A stretch of 64,000 bases of DNA. Origin: a virus. Numbering within the stretch: position 1 is the first letter of the stretch; the number at the start of each line of letters is the position of its first letter. The stretch is from positions 32,001 through 96,000 of IMG/VR virus record IMGVR_UViG_3300003690_000003; one strand, 5' to 3'. The position numbers and the translations under genes were made by a program. Positions 47,319 to 56,491 of this stretch are shown one piece after another. The notes beneath the pieces were generated by a model. The model saw only the letters and a program-made list of their open reading frames with translations, searched no databases and was not told where the DNA came from.

Positions 47319-48092
47319 TTATACACCAGTTAAATCGCCACATAATTTAACATCTTCAAAACACACAGAGCCCGCGCCGGCTGGACTGCCGTAGATCGAA
47401 CCAGATGGTCGACCCGCAATCGAGAAGGCACCCACCAAATTTGAATTGCCTGAAATATCAACGGCCGTGTCTGACGTATAAAATATTGTCTCTGTTGAAA
47501 AATCATCATCGCTATATCTATAGTCAACAGTGCCAGTCACCATATTGACGCGCCACTTTCGGTCCACAGGGTAATCGAGCACGACATTTTTCTTAAGAAC
47601 TCCAGATTCGTATATGGCACTATTGACTTCAAAATAGGCAAATGCATAATCAATCCATGCGTAAGTCGAAGTACCGCTCGTAACCGCATCGTCCTTGTAG
47701 CCTAATCCAATCATAAAAGTCCAGTGATATCCGGACTCCAGACTTTCAGTAGAGTTCATCTCGATATAGCCCTCGTTGTCGCTTTGGAGTTCAGCCACTG
47801 TAATAGCACCACTTGTCCACCCAGTTCCAGTTCCGGCATCCTTAACAATCCCACTACGAAATCCTCCTCCATCAGCAGTGGCGCGGGGGACGCCGCCATC
47901 GGTGGCGTTGGTACCATAATGAAGCTGATTCACTTCTGTTAGTTTGCCTATGGAATCAATGCTTTCACATTGGAGTCCCGCTGCCGCAAAGCCACTCACC
48001 CCATACATGGTCTTGATATTTGCTTTAAGGGTTTCGTTAACCAGTTTAAAACTGCCTTCTCCAACGGAATTAACTGACTTGATGGTGCCCAT
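47319..48092 (-). CDS. Putative virion decoration protein (beta-rich, lectin-like)
   Basis: G/S/T-rich, located in the head module. Confidence 0.45.
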   Translation of the reverse strand: MGTIKSVNSVGEGSFKLVNETLKANIKTMYGVSGFAAAGLQCESIDSIGKLTEVNQLHYGTNATDGGVPRATADGGGFRSGIVKDAGTGTGWTSGAITVAELQSDNEGYIEMNSTESLESGYHWTFMIGLGYKDDAVTSGTSTYAWIDYAFAYFEVNSAIYESGVLKKNVVLDYPVDRKWRVNMVTGTVDYRYSDDDFSTETIFYTSDTAVDISGNSNLVGAFSIAGRPSGSIYGSPAGAGSVCFEDVKLCGDLTGV

Positions 48093-48111
48093 GACTTACT
48101 AGCTCCTTATG

Positions 48112-48738
48112 TTATTCAACCTCAATCTCAACATAAGTAGAATCGGGATTGAAATAAATTACATTGGCTGTATCCGTGCCATAGCCAACTATACGGACAT
48201 AAGCATCGTTATCGGTTGGGGCGGCGCCACTCATCAGGCCGTTGCTTCCCGATTGAATATAAACGGGACCACCTTTTATAAAGGCTCCGGCGTACTGGTC
48301 ACCATGGACATTATAATACCCACGAAGAAGGACCCCGTTTACAGCAGGGTCTGTGCCCAAAGGAATACCCAGCAATTGATTGTGGCCGCTTCCAGTTGTA
48401 TCTGCATATGCATCTGCCCAGCCGCCATCACTATTAAGATACACTACCGAGCCCGACTGCAAATTAGAGCCGGTTCCATAAAATACCACATCACCACCGC
48501 CACTGTTGGTAGAGAGGTTTGTAGGATCTGCAGAACCCGTATAATATATATCTAAAGCAACCTGGGGATTCCCTGTACCAATACCGGCCGTAGAACTCGA
48601 TACAACCAAAAAGCTAACACCTCCTGCAACAACGCCGAATGCATCTTCATTCCAGTTAATATAAGTATTGCGCTGCGTGTCATCTTCGTTATAAATGTCG
48701 CCACGATAAACTTTGCCTTTTGTGTATTTGTATGCCAT
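48112..48738 (-). CDS. Putative virion fibre/decoration protein
   Basis: GIGTGNPQVALDI fibre motif; C-terminal GVLLRG...VRIVGY domain. Confidence 0.55.
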   Translation of the reverse strand: MAYKYTKGKVYRGDIYNEDDTQRNTYINWNEDAFGVVAGGVSFLVVSSSTAGIGTGNPQVALDIYYTGSADPTNLSTNSGGGDVVFYGTGSNLQSGSVVYLNSDGGWADAYADTTGSGHNQLLGIPLGTDPAVNGVLLRGYYNVHGDQYAGAFIKGGPVYIQSGSNGLMSGAAPTDNDAYVRIVGYGTDTANVIYFNPDSTYVEIEVE

Positions 48739-48764
48739 ATTATTATAAATAGAATCTCGAATGT

Positions 48765-48798
48765 AAAAAGGATGGGCACCTCGAAAGATACCCGCCCC
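48765..48798 (-). terminator. Intrinsic terminator
   Basis: Imperfect GC-rich stem GGGCGGGTATC...GAGGTGCCCATCC followed by TTTTT. Confidence 0.6.
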
Positions 48799-48833
48799 TA
48801 AACTTATTATTTTAAAAAAACGTTATGCTTATC

Positions 48834-50165
48834 TTAGAAGACATTCCAGACGCTACCGGTGCCTACCAAAAGAAGCGAAGCGTTCGCGGACTCTAAAGTG
48901 ATAGAGCTATCCCCATCGATTGTGTCAGCAGCCGAACATGTAAGAGTTATATCATGTTGCATTCCCAACGTTCCATTTCCTCGGGCTCTCTTAATCCACA
49001 CGGTAGGACCATATTCGCCGGCGTCGCCCCAATCAGTAATGGTAGGCAACCTAACCTCAATAGCTGCTGATCCACTACAAAGAACCACGCCGCTTCCAAC
49101 TGAAGCAGTTCCCGTCGTAGCCGTTATATAATCCACATTATTGATTAGACCCGCTTGAAGTTGAAGCATTCCGGCAGCTTTAAGATCGCCGCTGTTGTGT
49201 CCTAAATTCACAGTGTCGCTAGCATTGGTTCCAATATTGATGGTATCGCTGCCATTGCCAAGATCGACGTTACCGTTGACGTCAAGACTCGTTAGACTCC
49301 CAACACTCGTTAGCGAAGAAGCAATAACCGCACTCCCAAGAGTGGTTGCATTAAGAACAGAAGTGCCATTAACATGATACGCATTACCGGTAATGACGTT
49401 CATGCCGTCAGCATCAACCTCACCTTGTACAGTACCGTTAACGGCAAGGGCGACTCCTGCACTCGTAGGAGCATCAAGAACCAAATCGGTGCCATCGAAG
49501 TATACGGCAGCGTCGGCCCCGGTGCCTAAAGTGAGAGCACCTGCAGCATTAATCGCCGTACCATCAACATCAACGAGTATCTTGCCACCGGTAGTGATAT
49601 TACTCACACCGTTGTCGATCGCACCGAAGCCGGAAGCAATAGAGCCGCCGCCGAGAGCACCAACACTCGTCAGTGAAGAAGCCAGAACGAGCGTGCCTAG
49701 AGTGGTTGCATTGAGAACTGTAGCACCGCCAATATCAATCCCCTCGCCGGCGCCTAGTGCAAGCTCGCCAGAGCCAGAGATATCGCCGGCAACTTTGAGT
49801 TCCGTGTTGGCTAGCGTCAAGAGATTGGTGTCGCCTGCGGTACCAATAATACCGCTCGTATCAATCCGCAAGCCGAATCCATAAACAATACCTGAACCCG
49901 AAATCGTTCCGGCCCCAGCTAGATTGTTGCTGGTGTCCGCAATTGTAATCCCAGAGTTTTGTCCGGTTTTGCCGGCGGTTCCGCTAAACCTAACGATCGC
50001 ATTGTCCGTAGAAGAACCAGGGCCGCTAAAATCGCCGCCTCCGGCGGAACCAGTAACACCTTGTAAGGCAGCTCCATCACCATGAAAGCTAACCGCCGTA
50101 ATAGTTGTCGAACCTGTTATTGGGCCATCGCTTTCAAACGGGCCTGCTTGAAATTTATAAGCCAT
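48834..50165 (-). CDS. Fibre-like virion protein
   Basis: G/S/T/A-rich, duplicated VLNATTLG...SSLTSVG segment, C-terminal IK...ITL...IDG..W domain. Confidence 0.65.
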   Translation of the reverse strand: MAYKFQAGPFESDGPITGSTTITAVSFHGDGAALQGVTGSAGGGDFSGPGSSTDNAIVRFSGTAGKTGQNSGITIADTSNNLAGAGTISGSGIVYGFGLRIDTSGIIGTAGDTNLLTLANTELKVAGDISGSGELALGAGEGIDIGGATVLNATTLGTLVLASSLTSVGALGGGSIASGFGAIDNGVSNITTGGKILVDVDGTAINAAGALTLGTGADAAVYFDGTDLVLDAPTSAGVALAVNGTVQGEVDADGMNVITGNAYHVNGTSVLNATTLGSAVIASSLTSVGSLTSLDVNGNVDLGNGSDTINIGTNASDTVNLGHNSGDLKAAGMLQLQAGLINNVDYITATTGTASVGSGVVLCSGSAAIEVRLPTITDWGDAGEYGPTVWIKRARGNGTLGMQHDITLTCSAADTIDGDSSITLESANASLLLVGTGSVWNVF

Positions 50166-50295
50166 TATTTATACCCTCCACGAAATATATAAATGCATAT
50201 GCATAGACTAGTTATACGAGTTTTCTCATAACATATAGATTCTCAGTCTGTAAAAAAGCAGTTTTATTTTATTAAAAAACCAATATTGATTAATA

Positions 50296-53037
50296 TTAAT
50301 AGACAAACCAATTGTTGCTATCTGTATAAAGATTGATGGCACCAAAAGAGGACTCAATAGTTACCGAACGATAGTTCACATCAATTTTCTGGGCCGAAGA
50401 GGCAGTAAGCGTTATATTGTTTGCATTTGCATTTCCGTTTTCATCTTTTATAACCAATGTTTGACCATCCGCAAATAGAGTGGCATCTAATGATATCGAT
50501 ATCGCCTCAGATGCCGTGTCAACTCCCAAAAAATAATCGCTCGCAGATGCGCTATACGCTCCGGTGACGTAATAGCGCCTGAATCTAACCCCACCACTTA
50601 AATGAGTAGTACCATGTACAGTAGTCGAGCCGGAAAGTGCCACTCCATAGCCAGCTACACTACTGCCGATAACAGCCCTGCGGGCTTCCGTAATCGTAAG
50701 ATCTGAACCGATGGCAAATGAATCTTTACCGGAAACGATCGAGCCACTAGAACCTAAGATAACTGAACGCTGGCCACTCGCCGTGTTGTTGAGACCTCCC
50801 AAAACAGAAGCGTAGTGAGCAGTAGACTTGTTTTGATAGCCCCCTACGACTGTCGTCCAAAAAGCAGACGCTGTGCACTCTTGTCCGGCGCCGATGAAGG
50901 AATAAGAGGCGGCGCCGATTACGTTATCGATCCCGCCCACTATGGCGCTATACTGGCCACGATTGGTGTTGCGCTCGCCGGCCCCAATAAAGGCCTTTGA
51001 ATTCTGCAGCTTATTGGTACTACCGCCGACAAGGACTCCGTCTGCGCCCGCAGCGCTGATATCATTACTCGAACCGCCGCCGATAAAAGATCCTTGGGCC
51101 GCGGTGTCATTACCGTTGCCGCCGACCACCGAAGCGTAGGATGCCGCGGCATTATTTTGTAGGCCGGAGCCTACGAATGTATAAGTTGCTGTCGCTGTAC
51201 TGTCATAGCCTCCCGCGACTACAGCATAATTATTGGTAGCCTCGTTCTGGGCGCCGCCGGCAACCGTAGAAAAAAGACCGCTAGCGACACAGGAAGTACC
51301 AATTTGGAGCTTTTCACCTACATGAACCAAAGCCGAAGAACTCAATGAAGACGAAAGAAGAGTGTCCGAAATCACTAAAACATCAGAGATTGAATCTGTC
51401 TTAAGGGTTAGAAGGGTGCTGCTGTCAGATCCTGTTATAACGAGAGAGCCGGTAATAGCTGCTTCACCAGTGAAGGGGAAGGCGTCAATTCCAGTTAAAG
51501 TAGAGCCATCGCCATAGAAAGCAGATGCAGAAATGTTCAGGGATGCAGACATGTTCAGGGATGCCGTTACGTTCGCGGCGTAGATAATTTTAGCTACATG
51601 CAAATCTCCAGAAGCAGTAACGTTCTGATTTTCATCGAGAGTAAGAGCTGTGACGGCGAGACCGGAGACCAGGTTCGTCGTGCCCCCGGTTATTATAGTC
51701 CCGGCAGTGAACGAGGTATTACTATGATAATACTGCATTCCGGCAGCGTTTGGAGTACCTGGAACGCCCATATAGATGGTATTATAATTCCCCCCTCCTC
51801 CGGGGGTTAATAATGTTATTCCCGCATCGTCATTGCTTTCTATCACCAAATCGTCCGCATATGAATGTGCTGCTCCGCCAGAAGAACCTGAAGCTATATG
51901 AAGCGAGCCTGAAGGATTTACCGTGCCAATACCAACGCGGTGGGTGGGGACGCCGCTGGCAGCGCCAGAGACGATAAGATAACCAGCAGAAGCACTAACA
52001 TTTTGATTCTCATCGATTATCACGGCGTTGAGCGCCGCGGCGGTCGCCAAGGCTAACTTGCCCGCCGCGACATTGGTCCCGACAGTGAGTAGGGTGTTGT
52101 CGTGATAATACTGCACTAAACCAGCATTTGTCCTACCTGGAACTCCCATATAGAGGGAATTAAAGTCCCCCGAGGTGCCCGGGCTTAATAATGATATTCC
52201 TGTATCCCCATCACTTTCTATTACCAAATCATCCGCGAGGCCGGCGGCGGCGACGCCGGCTTCTCCGGTCTGAATGTGAAGCGCACCCGAGGGATTTACC
52301 GTGCCAATACCAACGCGGCCGGTGGGGACGCCGCTGGCAGCACCAGAGACGATTAGGTAGCCGCCAGCCGATATGGCTCCATCAGTTAAGAAGGCAGAGC
52401 CTGTAAGGCCTGATGAGGCGGAGATTGTGCCGGCAACTGTTAACGTGTAGGTCGGATTATTCGTTCCAATGCCGACGTTGCCATCGCTAGCAATCCGCAT
52501 TCTTTCTGCTGTATCGTCATGGAATATAATAACACCGTCAGTGGCTGCATTTTGTATGATTAATTCTGCATTATCCTTTTGCACTATGCTGGTATAAGAA
52601 GTGTCTGACTGTATACGAAGCTCAACTTCTCCAGATGATCCATAAAGGTGAAGAAGCTTCGAAGGACTTAACGTGCCGATTCCAACATACGGGCCCATAA
52701 ACGAAGAAGGATTATCATACGAACTTGTGATTAGGAGTGATCCTGTACGTACATGTACATCATCAAAAGTATCTCCGAAATACGTAGAACCCGTAGAATC
52801 AATCCGCGTAACATCTTTTATATGATAATGACTAGCTGAGATTGTGCCGGTTACAACTAACGTTCCGGTTAAGACTAAAGTACTTGCGGCTAGCTCTCCG
52901 AGAGAGGCCGTATGATACATGAAGTTATAACTGCCAGTAAGGCTCGTTCCAACTCCATGAAATTGAACTGACCCTGTCGGACCGCTGCCCGTAGCAAAGT
53001 CGGAACTCCCGACGTATGCCCAGTTAGTTTGAGCCAT
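50296..53037 (-). CDS. Long fibre/adhesin-like virion protein
   Basis: VGIGTxxP repeats, ~15-aa GGxxN beta-roll repeats (YadA head-like), C-terminal domain shared with 48834..50165. Confidence 0.75.
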   Translation of the reverse strand: MAQTNWAYVGSSDFATGSGPTGSVQFHGVGTSLTGSYNFMYHTASLGELAASTLVLTGTLVVTGTISASHYHIKDVTRIDSTGSTYFGDTFDDVHVRTGSLLITSSYDNPSSFMGPYVGIGTLSPSKLLHLYGSSGEVELRIQSDTSYTSIVQKDNAELIIQNAATDGVIIFHDDTAERMRIASDGNVGIGTNNPTYTLTVAGTISASSGLTGSAFLTDGAISAGGYLIVSGAASGVPTGRVGIGTVNPSGALHIQTGEAGVAAAGLADDLVIESDGDTGISLLSPGTSGDFNSLYMGVPGRTNAGLVQYYHDNTLLTVGTNVAAGKLALATAAALNAVIIDENQNVSASAGYLIVSGAASGVPTHRVGIGTVNPSGSLHIASGSSGGAAHSYADDLVIESNDDAGITLLTPGGGGNYNTIYMGVPGTPNAAGMQYYHSNTSFTAGTIITGGTTNLVSGLAVTALTLDENQNVTASGDLHVAKIIYAANVTASLNMSASLNISASAFYGDGSTLTGIDAFPFTGEAAITGSLVITGSDSSTLLTLKTDSISDVLVISDTLLSSSLSSSALVHVGEKLQIGTSCVASGLFSTVAGGAQNEATNNYAVVAGGYDSTATATYTFVGSGLQNNAAASYASVVGGNGNDTAAQGSFIGGGSSNDISAAGADGVLVGGSTNKLQNSKAFIGAGERNTNRGQYSAIVGGIDNVIGAASYSFIGAGQECTASAFWTTVVGGYQNKSTAHYASVLGGLNNTASGQRSVILGSSGSIVSGKDSFAIGSDLTITEARRAVIGSSVAGYGVALSGSTTVHGTTHLSGGVRFRRYYVTGAYSASASDYFLGVDTASEAISISLDATLFADGQTLVIKDENGNANANNITLTASSAQKIDVNYRSVTIESSFGAINLYTDSNNWFVY
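51914..52362. repeat. Intragenic direct repeat, 378-nt (126-aa) period
   Basis: Near-identical ~70-nt blocks starting at 51914 and 52292, encoding GYLIVSGAASGVPTxRVGIGTVNPS. Confidence 0.85.
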
Positions 53038-53043
53038 GGTAGT

Positions 53044-53445
53044 TTAACCGACTCCTGCTGAACCAGTCCAGTTAGATCCGCCCGGTGACATGGCACCATT
53101 ATTGATGGCTGCGGTCTCTATAAAAGTGAGTCCTGCAATAACATCGACGTCGCTAGAACCCGTAAGAAAGACTGCGGTAAGCTTTAGTTCCAGGCGCGGA
53201 CTAACTGATCCGCTATGCACTGTAAAATAGTTACTCCCGGAGGCTACGCCGGCAGCCGAAAAACCAACTTTAAGCAGCTCGTCGGTATTATTTTTTATAA
53301 TAACCCACCGCGTCACTTTAGGAAACGCTACTTCAAACGTGTCGATCGTCGCGGTGGCATCGATTCCCCCGCTCACGAAAGGCTTGCCGGAAACCTGGTA
53401 GGACCCGACGTTCATCAGACCGGCTTTATATTGAAAATTGGGCAT
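53044..53445 (-). CDS. Putative small virion protein
   Basis: VGSYQVSGKPF; late-type motif upstream; SGS/TGS-rich. Confidence 0.55.
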   Translation of the reverse strand: MPNFQYKAGLMNVGSYQVSGKPFVSGGIDATATIDTFEVAFPKVTRWVIIKNNTDELLKVGFSAAGVASGSNYFTVHSGSVSPRLELKLTAVFLTGSSDVDVIAGLTFIETAAINNGAMSPGGSNWTGSAGVG

Positions 53446-53488
53446 ACTTATCTATCTCCAGACTACATTAAATAGTATTAGATTACAA

Positions 53489-53704
53489 CTATTTCCTTTT
53501 ATTGCGCTTTCTTTCTAAACGCTCCGTTTCTCTCCGTGCTTTTTTAGATTTAATTTTTCTTTTGACCGCTGGTTTAACATGATGGGAACACCTCTCGCGA
53601 TACTTTTCAAGAACACCCGTCCTTTTGACTTTTTTTGTAAATCTTCGGATTAAGCGTTCCGTACTTTCGTTGTGCCGTCGCACAACTATAACATTTATAG
53701 CCAC
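53489..53704 (-). CDS. rpsU: Ribosomal protein bS21
   Basis: VRRHNESTERLIRRFTKKV...GVL...R...HVKPAVKRK; 71 aa, basic. Confidence 0.85.
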   Translation of the reverse strand: MAINVIVVRRHNESTERLIRRFTKKVKRTGVLEKYRERCSHHVKPAVKRKIKSKKARRETERLERKRNKRK

Positions 53705-53713
53705 CGAATGTTC

Positions 53714-54169
53714 CTACTTTCCAGAATCCATGTGTGCCTTCCAGTTGTTCCCTACAGAACCAAAGAGGTTTGTTATATCAACCCCAGAGTCAGTCGGAGC
53801 TACCCCGGCAAGAGGGCTCTGGGGAGGCGCGCCTGTTCCTGGAGCCGAAGGTGCAGACGCCAGAGGAGCCGTTCCTTCAAATAAATTAACTCCGTTATAG
53901 GCTTCAGTACCAATAGCCTCAAGTAACTTTTCCTTGTGCTGCTTTACCTTCTGTTTTTGTTCGGTTAATGATTGTTGACGAATAGCAGTAAACCTTTGCT
54001 CGTCTACACGAGGCTTCGGTATTTTTCGGGTTTCCACCAGAGGAGTACCTCCCATTCCCTGAGCCACTTCAGAAACAATTCCAGAAAGAACACCATCTTC
54101 AAATATCACCTCCTTGATACATTCTTTTATTAGTGGCTTGAGTAACTTTTTAAGGTCTGCTTTATTCAT
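53714..54169 (-). CDS. Hypothetical head-module protein
   Basis: N-terminal LKKLLKPLIKECIKE, similar to the IIREE tag. Confidence 0.6.
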   Translation of the reverse strand: MNKADLKKLLKPLIKECIKEVIFEDGVLSGIVSEVAQGMGGTPLVETRKIPKPRVDEQRFTAIRQQSLTEQKQKVKQHKEKLLEAIGTEAYNGVNLFEGTAPLASAPSAPGTGAPPQSPLAGVAPTDSGVDITNLFGSVGNNWKAHMDSGK

Positions 54170-54771
54170 TAATCTATTAACACTTCATTCAAGGCGCGAT
54201 TAATACGATCTGCTTTAGTAAACACTTCATTGATTTTGCTTTTGTTTTCTCGTATCATAAACGCACCAGGGGTGGAAGGTTCCGAAACCATATCAAAACA
54301 GATTAGTTGAAAATCATCTTCAACAATAGTTTTGCCTGCATTCTCTTTAACAGATCCGAGACCTCGGGAAGAAATCCCAATAGAAACACCCGAATCCACT
54401 AAAGAACGTAAAATATCACCCGAAGGTGTCTCTAATACTTTCATCTTACCCATCACTTTATTCCCATCCATCCAAATTTCTGTGACCATGTGAGAAACAT
54501 TTTTAAGATTAATAACCGACTCTTCTGGGTGGTCAAGTTCGCCAAGGGCGCGCCTTTCTTCTACAAGCTTTTTGTAGTTTTGGACTTCTCGCTCTAGAAT
54601 CTTCTGGGGATAGACGCGACCATTGCCATTTTGGGTTTCGGCCATTTGCATCATCCCGGAAAGCATCATACCTCCATTAGCAATAAACTTCTTTTCAGCC
54701 TCATTAAGAAGGTCCTGGCATACCCCTCCCTCACATAGCTCATAATATTCTCGTAGAAGTACTTTACTCAT
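54169..54771 (-). CDS. Prohead protease (T4 gp21-like)
   Basis: NGNGRVYP, ALGELDHP, VSH, TPSG, GISSRGLGS, DMVSEPSTPGA. Confidence 0.95.
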   Translation of the reverse strand: MSKVLLREYYELCEGGVCQDLLNEAEKKFIANGGMMLSGMMQMAETQNGNGRVYPQKILEREVQNYKKLVEERRALGELDHPEESVINLKNVSHMVTEIWMDGNKVMGKMKVLETPSGDILRSLVDSGVSIGISSRGLGSVKENAGKTIVEDDFQLICFDMVSEPSTPGAFMIRENKSKINEVFTKADRINRALNEVLID

Positions 54772-54835
54772 TTTACCGTCCTCTTAAAATAGTCAGCTGC
54801 CTTTACAGCAGTGTCGGACGGGTTGTAACATCCAC

Positions 54836-55168
54836 TTAATCATGTCGTTCTCCTCTTCCTATTTGTATACCATCATCGCAGATAATCATATTTAAAGCGT
54901 ATGAAGTACCTGAACTTATACATCCCAGTAAAAATCCAGTCACAACATTACTCCCATCAAAAATAAATAGTTCCGTATGACCATTAACGCCCCACAGAAA
55001 TATGCCTACCCAAAATCCTATACACATAGGGCACGAAAAGAAATAGTGTTTAGGCCTAATCCGATCTAAAATCTTAGAAAAACAAAGAAGTTGTGTGAGG
55101 CCATATGCACATAAAATAAAAAGAAGGAGGTTCTCTAAAGGTAACCACACTATAGCGTGGGGGTCCAT
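54836..55168 (-). CDS. Membrane protein with CPMCIGFW motif
   Basis: Three hydrophobic segments, CxxC. Confidence 0.65.
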   Translation of the reverse strand: MDPHAIVWLPLENLLLFILCAYGLTQLLCFSKILDRIRPKHYFFSCPMCIGFWVGIFLWGVNGHTELFIFDGSNVVTGFLLGCISSGTSYALNMIICDDGIQIGRGERHD

Positions 55169-55707
55169 TACATCTTATAGCGAAGCGGGATGTAGTAATA
55201 TCCAGGCACCATCGCGCCTTTCTGAGCGTGCTGTGGTACTTCTCCCAACTCGGTCGAATCTCGATCGGTTGGCTCTACAAAATACTTTTCAAGATTTCTC
55301 TCATAAGCATCGGCAGCTTTTGTCGCTTCCGCCTCATCGGCTATAAACTCTGAAATGACATAAACCGCTGCTTGTAATGAGTTAGTTTGTTGGCTTTCTG
55401 GAATGATAGCCTCTATAGAGCTAAAAATATTACCGCCCTGTATGGTATCTCGCGCGACTATTCCTTTATCGACTAGAAAATCAAAAAAACGAGCTTGTGT
55501 ACCGTAGGGATCTTCGACTGCTGCGCTTTTAGGAAAAGTTACTACCTTGCTAGTCTCGGGAAGTAGCACAATATCGATAAGCTCGTGATCCATAATTAAG
55601 AGATTTCCCTCCAGCGTCTTTCGAGCTTGAAGACCAACTGTGGCCTGGGGGCCTCCTATCTTGATGTTAATCATTAGATTGAACTTCCCGGACGAGTTCT
55701 TGTACAC
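55168..55707 (-). CDS. Hypothetical protein
   Basis: ORF in the head operon; likely start MINIKIG. Confidence 0.65.
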   Translation of the reverse strand: MYKNSSGKFNLMINIKIGGPQATVGLQARKTLEGNLLIMDHELIDIVLLPETSKVVTFPKSAAVEDPYGTQARFFDFLVDKGIVARDTIQGGNIFSSIEAIIPESQQTNSLQAAVYVISEFIADEAEATKAADAYERNLEKYFVEPTDRDSTELGEVPQHAQKGAMVPGYYYIPLRYKM

Positions 55708-56491
55708 TTAATATCTTAGCAACAACGCCTTGGGTGGGGGCTGCATCTTTAAACCCCTCAAGGATAGCGAGAACTTTTTTAGTTTTATCAACCATTTTTT
55801 CATCTGCAAAAATCTCTTCCATTTTTAGAGAAGCTTTTATTTCTTTTTTAAGGCGTCCTACCTCTTCGCTTAAATAAAGCTTTAGTTCTAGACCATTATC
55901 GGCAAAAGAAGCAATATACTTACCAAGCAGCTCTTTCTGCTCTTTTAAAAGAGGTGTATAGCGCTCATTGAACTTCTTGACAAAAGAACGATAAACAATA
56001 TTATCTATGGGCTCAAGTTTGTTGTCTTCCACCTTCTCTGTGGAGTGCATCGACTTAATCACTGTATCCTCGTGCAAAACTCGTTGCTTCACCGGGGTTG
56101 TCGTATTGAATATTGCAGCTACTGTTGCGAGGGACTTAAAGTTGGGAACAAAAGTATTCCAAGCTTCTTTAGAGAGGGCCTTATTAATCTTGTTGATTAT
56201 TTTAGTTTGACTATCAAAAATGTTTCTACCGTCTAAGCGAGTACGAGCGCTCTTGGTCTCATACAAAAGTTTTTCAGCTACATGCAAGTCGAGGCCCGTT
56301 GTTTCTAGAAGTGTTTTATAATGTTCTAACTCTTTTCCAAGAATAGTTCGAGGACCAAAGTTATCTTTTATAAGATTGGCAACAAATCTTTTTCGGTGAG
56401 CGTTTTTGTCAACAATAGCTTTGGTTAGCTCTTTAACGAGCACTTCATACAAGAATGCTGTATTTCTTTTTTTATTGTGCTTTACTCTCAC
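55667..56491 (-). CDS. Hypothetical head-module protein
   Basis: 274-aa helical ORF following the portal. Confidence 0.7.
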   Translation of the reverse strand: MRVKHNKKRNTAFLYEVLVKELTKAIVDKNAHRKRFVANLIKDNFGPRTILGKELEHYKTLLETTGLDLHVAEKLLYETKSARTRLDGRNIFDSQTKIINKINKALSKEAWNTFVPNFKSLATVAAIFNTTTPVKQRVLHEDTVIKSMHSTEKVEDNKLEPIDNIVYRSFVKKFNERYTPLLKEQKELLGKYIASFADNGLELKLYLSEEVGRLKKEIKASLKMEEIFADEKMVDKTKKVLAILEGFKDAAPTQGVVAKILSVQELVREVQSND

